Of a stretch of DNA of 64,000 nt, positions 1-11,760 are shown piece by piece. The stretch is taken from contig OZ059900.1 in assembly GCA_964057225.1 (NCBI GenBank), positions 1,860,001-1,924,000 of the forward strand, in the 5' to 3' direction. Every line of letters begins with the position of its first letter. Position 1 is the stretch's first letter. The notes beneath the pieces are model-generated. The model was not told the DNA's origin and did no database searches. It saw only the letters and a program-made list of their open reading frames with translations. The translations under genes were made by a program, and so were the position numbers. This stretch comes from Auanema rhodensis (Eukaryota; Animalia; Nematoda).

Positions 1-33
1 ACACTAATAATGTGTAAATCACTGAATTTCACT

Positions 34-380
34 CAAATAGCATTACTACACTAAGTATGGTCGTTTTTATGCCTTTAACACCATATACTCACCGATTTTT
101 GGTTCAAAATCTGTAATACTTGTAAATTTTGATCATATTCGTTAAGATTTGAGAATCGAACATACAATACACAAAATCAGTCTATTTTTATGAGCTTGCA
201 CTGATATATATTCATTTTGATCAAAAAAGGTCGAAAATAGAAAGAATTTTTGAAATTTCCGAGTTTTGAGTCTAATTTGGCTAAATCGCTCATATATATG
301 ATCAGAAGCATAGTTTTAATGTCTATGACAACAAAAATCATCAATTAAACGCTAGTGATGTTTAAATACTGATTTTCGCT
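34..380 (+). repeat. Representative 347-bp monomer (right-end haplotype Y: ...TCATCAATTAAACGCTAGTGATGTTTAAATACTGA(A/T)TTTCGCT)
   Basis: Distance between consecutive markers 34 and 381. Confidence 0.97.
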
Positions 381-728
381 CAAATAGCATTACTACACTA
401 AGTATGGTCGTTTTTATGCCTTTAACACCATATACTCACCGATTTTTGGTACAAAATCTGTAATACTCGTAAAATTTGATCATATTTGTTAAGATTTGAG
501 AATCAAACACACAATACACAAAATCAGTCTATTTTTATGAGTTTACACTGATATATATTCATTTTCATCAAAAAAGGTCGAAAATAGAAAGAATTTTTGA
601 ATTTTCCGAGTTTTGAGTCGAATTGGGCTAAATCGCTCATATATATGATCAAAAGCATAGTTTTACTGTCTATGATAACAAAAGTCTTCAAATATACACT
701 AATAATGATTAAATCACTGAATTTCACT
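381..728 (+). repeat. Representative 348-bp monomer (right-end haplotype X: ...GTCTTCAAATATACACTAATAATGATTAAATCACTGAATTTCACT)
   Basis: Distance between markers 381 and 729. The extra C in AAATCACTG versus AAATACTG accounts for the 1-bp length difference. Confidence 0.97.
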
Positions 729-3700
729 CAAATAGCATTACTACACTAAGTATGGTCGTTTTTATGCCTTTAACACCATATACTCACCGATTTTTGGTAC
801 AAAATCTGTAATACTTGTAAATTTTGATCATATTTGTTAAGATTCGAGAATCAAACACATAATACACAAAATAAGTCTATTTTTACAAGTTTGCACTGAT
901 ATTTATTCATTTTGATCAAAAAAGGTCGAAAATAGAAAGAATTTTTGAAATTTCCGAGTTTTGAGTCCAATTTGGCTAAATCGCTCATATATATGATCAA
1001 AAGCATAGTGTTATTGTCTATAACAACAAAAGTCATCAATTAAACGCTAGTGATGTTTAAATACTGAATTTCGCTCAAATAGCATTACTACACTAAGTAT
1101 GGTCGTTTTTATGCCTTTAACACCATATACTCACCGATTTTTGGTACAAAATCTGTAATACTCGTAAATTTTGATCATATTCGTTAAGATTTGAGAATCA
1201 AACATACAATACACAAAATCAGTCTATTTTTATGAGCTTGCACTGATATATATTCATTTTGATCAAAAAAGGTCGAAAATAGAAAGAATTTTTGAAATTT
1301 CCGAGTTTTGAGTCTAATTTGGCTAAATCGGTCATATATATGATCAAAAGCATAGTTTTACTGTCTATGATAACAAAAGTCTTCAAATATACACTAATAA
1401 TGATCAAATCACTGAATTTCACTCAAATAGCATTACTACACTAAGTATGGTCGTTTTTATGCCTTTAACACCATATACTCACCGATTTTTGGTACAAAAT
1501 CTGTGATACTCGTAAATTTTGATCATATTCGTTAAGATTTGAGAATCAAACATACAATACACAAAATCAGTCTATTTTTATGAGCTTGCACTGATATATA
1601 TTCATTTTGATCAAAAAAGGTCGAAAATAGAATGAATTTTTGAAATTTCCGAGTTTTGAGTCTAATTTGGCTAAATCGCTCATATATATGATCAAAAGCA
1701 TAGTTTTACTGTCTATGATAACAAAAGTCTTCAAATATACACTATGAATGATTAAATCACTGATTTTCAGTCAAATAGCATTACTACACTAAGTATGGTC
1801 GTTTTTATGCCTTTAACACCATATACTCACCGATTTTTGGTACAAAATCTGTAATACTTGTAAATTTTGATCATATTTGTTAAGATTCGAGAATCAAACA
1901 CATAATACACGAAATAAGTCTATTTTTACAAGTTTGCACTGATATTTATTCATTTTGATCAAAAAAGGTCGAAAATAGAAAAAATTTTTGAAATTTCCGA
2001 GTTTTGAGTCCAATTTGGCTAAATCGCTCATATATAAGATCAAAAGCATAGTTTTATTGTCTATAACAACAAAAGTCATCAATTAAACGCTAGTGATATT
2101 TAAATACTGATTTTTGCTCAAGTAGCATTACTACACTAAGTATGGTCGTTTTTATGCCTTTAACACCATATACTCACCGATTTTTGGTACAAAATCTGTA
2201 ATACTTGTAAATTTTGATCATATTTGTTAAGATTCGAGAATCAAACACATAATACACGAAATAAGTCTATTTTTACAAGTTTGCACTGATATTTATTCAT
2301 TTTGATCAAAAAAGGTCGAAAATAGAAAAAATTTTTGAAATTTCCGAGTTTTGAGTCCAATTTGGCTAAATCGCTCATATATAAGATCAAAAGCATAGTT
2401 TTATTGTCTATAACAACAAAAGTCATCAATTAAACGCTAGTGATATTTAAATACTGATTTTTGCTCAAGTAGCATTACTACACTAAGTATGGTCGTTTTC
2501 ATGCCTTTAACACCATATACTCACCGATTTTTGGTACAAAATCTGTAATACTTGTAAATTTTGATCATATTCGTTAAGATTTGAGAATCGAACATACAAT
2601 ACACAAAATCAGTCTATTTTTATGAGCTTGCACTGATATTTATTCATTTTGATCAAAAAAGGTCGAAAATAGAAAGAATTTTTGAAATTTCCGAGTTTTG
2701 AGTCCAATTTGGCTAAATCGCTCATATATATGATCAAAAGCATAGTGTTATTGTCTATAACAACAAAAGTCATCAATTGAACGCTAGTGATGTTTAAATA
2801 CTGAATTTCGCTCAAATAGCATTACTACACTAAGTATGGTCGTTTTTATGCCTTTAACACCATATACTCACCGATTTTTGGTACAAAATCTGTAATACTC
2901 GTAAATTTTGATCATATTCGTTAAGATTTGAGAATCAAACATACAATACACAAAATCAGTCTATTTTTATGAGCTTGCACTGATATATATTCATTTTGAT
3001 CAAAAAAGGTCGAAAATAGAAAGAATTTTTGAAATTTCCGAGTTTTGAGTCTAATTTGGCTAAATCGCTCATATATATGATCAAAAGAATAGTTTTATTG
3101 TCTATGACAACAAAAGTCATCAATTAAATGCTAGTGATGTTTAAATACTGAATTTTGCTCAAATAGCATTACTACACTAAGTATGGTCGTTTTTATGCCT
3201 TTAACACCATATACTCACCGATTTTTGGTACAAAATCTGTAATACTCGTAAATTTTGATCATATCCGGTGAGATTCGAGAATCAAACACACAATACACAA
3301 AATAAGTTTATTTTGACGAGTTTGCACTGGTATTTATTCATTTTGATCAAAAAAGGTCGAAAATAGAAAGAATTTTTGAATTTTCCGAGTTTTGAGTCTA
3401 ATTTGGCTAAATCGCTCATATATATGATCAGAAGCATAGTTTTAATGTCTATGACAACAAAAATCATCAATTAAACGCTAGTGATGTTTAAATCTCTAAA
3501 TTTCGCTCAAATAGCATTACTACACTAAGTATGGTCGTTTTTATGCCTTTAACACCATATACTCACCGATTTTTGGTACAAAATCTGTAATACTTGTAAA
3601 TTTTGATCATATTTGTTAAGATTCGAGAATCAAACACATAATACACAAAATCAGTCTATTTTTATGAGTTTACACTGATATATATTCATTTTCATCAAAA

Positions 3701-6700
3701 AAGGTCGAAAATAGAAAGAATTTTTGAAATTTCGGAGTTTTGAGTCTAATTTGGCTAAATCGCTCATATATATGATCAGAAGCATAGTTTTAATGTCTAT
3801 GACAACAAAAATCATCAATTAAACGCTAGTGATGTTTAAATCTCTAAATTTCGCTCAAATAGCATTACTACACTAAGTATGGTCGTTTTTATGCCTTTAA
3901 CACCATATACTCACCGATTTTTGGTACAAAATCTGTGATACTCGTAAATTTTGATCATATTCGTTAAGATTTGAGAATCAAACATACAATACACAAAATC
4001 AGTCTATTTTTATGAGCTTGCACTGATATATATTCATTTTGATCAAAAAAGGTCGAAAATAGAATGAATTTTTGAAATTTCCGAGTTTTGAGTCTAATTT
4101 GGCTAAATCGCTCATATATATGATCAAAAGCATAGTTTTACTGTCTATGATAACAAAAGTCTTCAAATATACACTATGAATGATTAAATCACTGATTTTC
4201 AGTCAAATAGCATTACTACACTAAGTATGGTCGTTTTTATGCCTTTAACACCATATACTCACCGATTTTTGGTACAAAATCTGTAATACTTGTAAATTTT
4301 GATCATATTTGTTAAGATTCGAGAATCAAACACATAATACACGAAATAAGTCTATTTTTACAAGTTTGCACTGATATTTATTCATTTTGATCAAAAAAGG
4401 TCGAAAATAGAAAAAATTTTTGAAATTTCCGAGTTTTGAGTCCAATTTGGCTAAATCGCTCATATATAAGATCAAAAGCATAGTTTTATTGTCTATAACA
4501 ACAAAAGTCATCAATTAAACGCTAGTGATATTTAAATACTGATTTTTGCTCAAGTAGCATTACTACACTAAGTATGGTCGTTTTTATGCCTTTAACACCA
4601 TATACTCACCGATTTTTGGTACAAAATCTGTAATACTCGTAAATTTTGATCATATTCGTTAAGATTTGAGAATCAAACATACAATACACAAAATCAGTCT
4701 ATTTTTATGAGCTTGCACTGATATATATTCATTTTGATCAAAAAAGGTCGAAAATAGAAAGAATTTTTGAATATTCCGAGTTTTGAGTCTAATTTGGCTA
4801 AATCGCTCATATATATGATCAAAAGCATAGTTTTATTGTCTATGACAACAAAAGTCATCAATTAAATGCTAGTGATGTTTAAATACTGAATTTCGCTCAA
4901 ATAGCATTACTACACTAAGTATGGTCGTTTTTATGCCTTTAACACCATATACTCACCGATTTTTGGTACAAAATCTGTAATACTCGTAAATTTTGATCAT
5001 ATTCGGTGAGATTCGAGAATCAAACACACAATACACGAAATAAGTTTATTTTCACGAGTTTGCACTGATATTTATTCATTTTGATCAAAAAAGGTCGAAA
5101 ATAGAAAGAATTTTTGAAATTTCCGAGTTTTGAGTCTAATTTGGCTAAATCGCTCATATATATGATCAAAAGCATAGTTTTACTGTCTATGATAACAAAA
5201 GTCTTCAAATATACACTAATAATGATTAAATCACTGATTTTCAGTCAAATAGCATTACTACACTAAGTATGGTCGTTTTTATGCCTTTAACACCATATAC
5301 TCACCGATTTTTGGTACAAAATCTGTAATACTTGTAAATTTTGATCATATTTGTTAAGATTCGAGAATCAAACACATAATACACGAAATAAGTCTATTTT
5401 TACAAGTTTGCACTGATATTTATTCATTTTGATCAAAAAAGGTCGAAAATAGAAAAAATTTTTGAAATTTCCGAGTTTTGAGTCCAATTTAGCTAAATCG
5501 CTCATATATATGATCAAAAGCATAGTTTTACTGTCTATGATAACAAAAGTCTTCAAATATACACTAATAATGATCAAATCACTGAATTTCACTCAAATAG
5601 CATTACTACACTAAGTATGGTCGTTTTTATGCCTTTAACACCATATACTCACCGATTTTTGGTACAAAATCTGTGATACTCGTAAATTTTGATCATATTC
5701 GTTAAGATTTGAGAATCAAACATACAATACACAAAATCAGTCTATTTTTATGAGCTTGCACTGATATATATTCATTTTGATCAAAAAAGGTCGAAAATAG
5801 AATGAATTTTTGAAATTTCCGAGTTTTGAGTCTAATTTGGCTAAATCGCTCATATATATGATCAAAAGCATAGTTTTACTGTCTATGATAACAAAAGTCT
5901 TCAAATATACACTAATAATGATTAAATCACTGATTTTCAGTCAAATAGCATTACTACACTAAGTATGGTCGTTTTTATGCCTTTAACACCATATACTCAC
6001 CGATTTTTGGTACAAAATCTGTAATACTTGTAAATTTTGATCATATTTGTTAAGATTCGAGAATCAAACACATAATACACGAAACAAGTCTATTTTTACA
6101 AGTTTGCACTGATATTTATTCATTTTGATCAAAAAAGGTCGAAAATAGAAAAAATTTTTGAAATTTCCGAGTTTTGAGTCCAATTTGGCTAAATCGCTCA
6201 TATATAAGATCAAAAGCATAGTTTTATTGTCTATAACAACAAAAGTCATCAATTAAACGCTAGTGATATTTAAATACTGATTTTCGCTCAAGTAGCATTA
6301 CTACACTAAGTATGGTCGTTTTCATGCCTTTAACACCATATACTCACCGATTTTTGGTACAAAATCTGTAATACTTGTAAATTTTGATCATATTCGTTAA
6401 GATTTGAGAATCGAACATACAATACACAAAATCAGTCTATTTTTATGAGCTTGCACTGATATATATTCATTTTGATCAAAAAAGGTCGAAAATAGAAAGA
6501 ATTTTTGAAATTTCCGAGTTTTGAGTCTAATTTGGCTAAATCGCTCATATATATGATCAGAAGCATAGTTTTAATGTCTATGACAACAAAAATCATCAAT
6601 TAAACGCTAGTGATGTTTAAATACTGATTTTCGCTCAAATAGCATTACTACACTAAGTATGGTCGTTTTTATGCTTTTAACACCATATACTCACCGATTT

Positions 6701-6889
6701 TTGGTACAAAATCTGTAATACTCGTAAAATTTGATCATATTTGTTAAGATTTGAGAATCAAACACACAATACACAAAATCAGTCTATTTTTATGAGTTTA
6801 CACTGATATATATTCATTTTCATCAAAAAAGGTCGAAAATAGAAAGAATTTTTGAATTTTCCGAGTTTTGAGTCGAATTGGGCTAAATC

Positions 6890-9800
6890 GCTCATATATA
6901 TGATCAAAAGCATAGTTTTACTGTCTATGATAACAAAAGTCTTCAAATATACACTAATAATGATTAAATCACTGAATTTCACTCAAATAGCATTACTACA
7001 CTAAGTATGGTCGTTTTTATGCCTTTAACACCATATACTCACCGATTTTTGGTACAAAATCTGTAATACTTGTAAATTTTGATCATATTTGTTAAGATTC
7101 GAGAATCAAACACATAATACACAAAATAAGTCTATTTTTACAAGTTTGCACTGATATTTATTCATTTTGATCAAAAAAGGTCGAAAATAGAAAGAATTTT
7201 TGAAATTTCCGAGTTTTGAGTCCAATTTGGCTAAATCGCTCATATATATGATCAAAAGCATAGTTTTATTGTCTATAACAACAAAAGTCATCAATTAAAC
7301 GCTAGTGATGTTTAAATACTGAATTTCGCTCAAATAGCATTACTACACTAAGTATGGTCGTTTTTATGCCTTTAACACCATATACTCACCGATTTTTGGT
7401 ACAAAATCTGTAATACTCGTAAATTTTGATCATATTCGTTAAGATTTGAGAATCAAACATACAATACACAAAATCAGTCTATTTTTATGAGCTTGCACTG
7501 ATATATATTCATTTTGATCAAAAAAGGTCGAAAATAGAAAGAATTTTTGAAATTTCCGAGTTTTGAGTCTAATTTGGCTAAATCGCTCATATATATGATC
7601 AAAAGCATAGTTTTATTGTCTATGACAACAAAAGTCTTCAAATATACACTAATAATGATTAAATCACTGAATTTCACTCAAATAGCATTACTACACTAAG
7701 TATGGTCGTTTTTATGCCTTTAACACCATATACTCACCGATTTTTGGTACAAAATCTGTAATACTTGTAAATTTTGATCATATTTGTTAAGATTCGAGAA
7801 TCAAACACATAATACACAAAATAAGTCTATTTTTACAAGTTTGCACTGATATTTATTCATTTTGATCAAAAAAGGTCGAAAATAGAAAGAATTTTTGAAA
7901 TTTCCGAGTTTTGAGTCCAATTTGGCTAAATCGCTCATATATATGATCAAAAGTATAGTTTTATTGTCTATAACAACAAAAGTCATCAATTAAACGCTAG
8001 TGATGTTTAAATACTGAATTTCGCTCAAATAGCATTACTACACTAAGTATGGTCGTTTTTATGCCTTTAACACCATATACTCACCGATTTTTGGTACAAA
8101 ATCTGTAATACTCGTAAATTTTGATCATATTCGTTAAGATTTGAGAATCAAACATACAATACACAAAATCAGTCTATTTTTATGAGCTTGCACTGATATA
8201 TATTCATTTTGATCAAAAAAGGTCGAAAATAGAAAGAATTTTTGAAATTTCCGAGTTTTGAGTCTAATTTGGCTAAATCGCTCATATATATGATCAAAAG
8301 CATAGTTTTATTGTCTATGACAACAAAAGTCATCAATTAAATGCTAGTGATGTTTAAATACTGAATTTCGCTCAAATAGCATTACTACACTAAGTATGGT
8401 CGTTTTTATGCCTTTAACACCATATACTCACCGATTTTTGGTACAAAATCTGTAATACTCGTAAATTTTGATCATATTCGGTGAGATTCGAGAATCAAAC
8501 ACACAATACACGAAATAAGTTTATTTTGACGAGTTTGCACTGGTATTTATTCATTTTGATCAAAAAAGGTCGAAAATAGAAAGAATTTTTGAATTTTCCG
8601 AGTTTTGAGTCCAATTGGGCTAAATCGCTCATATATATGATCAAAAGCATAGTTTTACTGTCTATGATAACAAAAGTCTTCAAATATACACTAATAATGT
8701 GTAAATCACTGAATTTCACTCAAATAGCTTTACTACACTAAGTATGGTCGTTTTTATGCCTTTAACACCATATACTCACCGATTTTTGGTACAAAATCTG
8801 TAATACTCGTAAATTTCGATCATATTCGTTAAGATTCGAGAATCAAACACACAATACACGAAATAAGTTTATTTTTACGAATTTGCACTGATATTTATTC
8901 ATTTTGATCAAAAAAGGTCGAAAATAGAAAGAATTTTTTAATTTTCCGAGTTTTGAGTCCAATTGGGCTAAATCGCTCATATATATGATCAAAAGCATAG
9001 TTTCACTGTCTATGATAACAAAAGTCTTCAAATATACACTAGTAATGATTAAATCACTGAATTTCACTCAAATAGCATTACTACACTAAGTATGGTCGTT
9101 TTTATGCCTTTAACACCATATACTCACCGATTTTTGGTACAAAATCTGTAATACTTGTAAATTTTGATCATATTTGTTAAGATTCGAGAATCAAACACAT
9201 AATACACGAAATAAGTCTATTTTTACAAGTTTGCACTGATATTTATTCATTTTGATCAAAAAAAGGTCGAAAATAGAAAAATTTTTTGAAATTTCCGAGT
9301 TTTGAGTCCAATTTGGCTAAATCGCCCATATATATGATCAAAAGCATAGTTTTACTGTCTATGATAACAAAAGTCTTCAAATATACACTAATAATGATTA
9401 AATCACTGAATTTCACTCAAATAGCATTACTACACTAAGTATGGTCGTTTTTATGCCTTTAACACCATATACTCACCGATTTTTGGTACAAAATCTGTAA
9501 TACTTGTAAATTTTGATCATATTTGTTAAGATTCGAGAATCAAACACATAATACACAAAATAAGTCTATTTTTACAAGTTTGCACTGATATTTATTCATT
9601 TTGATCAAAAAAGGTCGAAAATAGAAAGAATTTTTGAAATTTCCGAGTTTTGAGTCCAATTTGGCTAAATCGCTCATATATATGATCAAAAGCATAGTTT
9701 TATTGTCTATAACAACAAAAGTCATCAATTAAACGCTAGTGATGTTTAAATACTGAATTTCGCTCAAATAGCATTACTACACTAAGTATGGTCGTTTTTA

Positions 9801-11760
9801 TGCCTTTAACACCATATACTCACCGATTTTTGGTACAAAATCTGTAATACTCGTAAATTTTGATCATATTCGTTAAGATTTGAGAATCAAACATACAATA
9901 CACAAAATCAGTCTATTTTTATGAGCTTGCACTGATATATATTCATTTTGATCAAAAAAGGTCGAAAATAGAAAGAATTTTTGAAATTTCCGAGTTTTGA
10001 GTCTAATTTGGCTAAATCGCTCATATATATGATCAAAAGCATAGTTTTATTGTCTATGACAACAAAAGTCTTCAAATATACACTAATAATGATTAAATCA
10101 CTGAATTTCACTCAAATAGCATTACTACACTAAGTATGGTCGTTTTTATGCCTTTAACACCATATACTCACCGATTTTTGGTACAAAATCTGTAATACTT
10201 GTAAATTTTGATCATATTTGTTAAGATTCGAGAATCAAACACATAATACACAAAATAAGTCTATTTTTACAAGTTTGCACTGATATTTATTCATTTTGAT
10301 CAAAAAAGGTCGAAAATAGAAAGAATTTTTGAAATTTCCGAGTTTTGAGTCCAATTTGGCTAAATCGCTCATATATATGATCAAAAGTATAGTTTTATTG
10401 TCTATAACAACAAAAGTCATCAATTAAACGCTAGTGATGTTTAAATACTGAATTTCGCTCAAATAGCATTACTACACTAAGTATGGTCGTTTTTATGCCT
10501 TTAACACCATATACTCACCGATTTTTGGTACAAAATCTGTAATACTCGTAAATTTTGATCATATTCGTTAAGATTTGAGAATCAAACATACAATACACAA
10601 AATCAGTCTATTTTTATGAGCTTGCACTGATATATATTCATTTTGATCAAAAAAGGTCGAAAATAGAAAGAATTTTTGAAATTTCCGAGTTTTGAGTCTA
10701 ATTTGGCTAAATCGCTCATATATATGATCAAAAGCATAGTTTTATTGTCTATGACAACAAAAGTCATCAATTAAATGCTAGTGATGTTTAAATACTGAAT
10801 TTCGCTCAAATAGCATTACTACACTAAGTATGGTCGTTTTTATGCCTTTAACACCATATACTCACCGATTTTTGGTACAAAATCTGTAATACTCGTAAAT
10901 TTTGATCATATTCGGTGAGATTCGAGAATCAAACACACAATACACGAAATAAGTTTATTTTGACGAGTTTGCACTGGTATTTATTCATTTTGATCAAAAA
11001 AGGTCGAAAATAGAAAGAATTTTTGAATTTTCCGAGTTTTGAGTCCAATTGGGCTAAATCGCTCATATATATGATCAAAAGCATAGTTTTACTGTCTATG
11101 ATAACAAAAGTCTTCAAATATACACTAATAATGTGTAAATCACTGAATTTCACTCAAATAGCTTTACTACACTAAGTATGGTCGTTTTTATGCCTTTAAC
11201 ACCATATACTCACCGATTTTTGGTACAAAATCTGTAATACTCGTAAATTTCGATCATATTCGTTAAGATTCGAGAATCAAACACACAATACACGAAATAA
11301 GTTTATTTTTACGAATTTGCACTGATATTTATTCATTTTGATCAAAAAAGGTCGAAAATAGAAAGAATTTTTTAATTTTCCGAGTTTTGAGTCCAATTGG
11401 GCTAAATCGCTCATATATATGATCAAAAGCATAGTTTCACTGTCTATGATAACAAAAGTCTTCAAATATACACTAGTAATGATTAAATCACTGAATTTCA
11501 CTCAAATAGCATTACTACACTAAGTATGGTCGTTTTTATGCCTTTAACACCATATACTCACCGATTTTTGGTACAAAATCTGTAATACTTGTAAATTTTG
11601 ATCATATTTGTTAAGATTCGAGAATCAAACACATAATACACGAAATAAGTCTATTTTTACAAGTTTGCACTGATATTTATTCATTTTGATCAAAAAAAGG
11701 TCGAAAATAGAAAAATTTTTTGAAATTTCCGAGTTTTGAGTCCAATTTGGCTAAATCGCT
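6890..11760. repeat. Tandem duplication of a 7-monomer (2434 bp) block
   Basis: Identical variant ORFs at offset 2434: 7106/9540, 7474/9908, 7801/10235, 8495/10929, 8843/11277. Confidence 0.9.

Larger units (their letters stand above)
34..6290. repeat. Array sub-domain 1 with private variants and irregular order
   Basis: AGAATGAATT (about 1631, 4063, 5801), ACTATGAATG (1741, about 4173), AATCTCTAAA (about 3491, 3839) and TTTTCATGCC (about 2500, 6323) were not seen downstream. The GAAAAAATTTTT monomer has GATC-A6 here but GATC-A7 from 9.2 kb onward. Confidence 0.7.

Noticed and set aside
34-380. 5S rDNA, tRNA or snRNA tandem gene unit
   Set aside because: About 28% GC, with no recognisable 5S, tRNA or snRNA sequence or Pol III A/B/C boxes.
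34-380. Assignment to a known ~350-360 bp satellite family (e.g. Drosophila 1.688/359-bp, tenebrionid beetle or Brassicaceae satellites)
   Set aside because: Only length and AT-richness are similar. I cannot confirm sequence homology without a database search.
1169-1349. MITE or transposon with 12-bp terminal inverted repeats inside each monomer
   Set aside because: No target-site duplication or recognisable superfamily terminus. The inverted match is explained by a palindromic TGATCA core present in both ancestral halves.
8824-8841. CENP-B-box-like motif ATTCGTTAAGATTCGAG
   Set aside because: The canonical core is TTCG-N4-A-N2-CGGG. Here the spacing is N5 and the end is CGAG, and both CpGs are polymorphic among subtypes.
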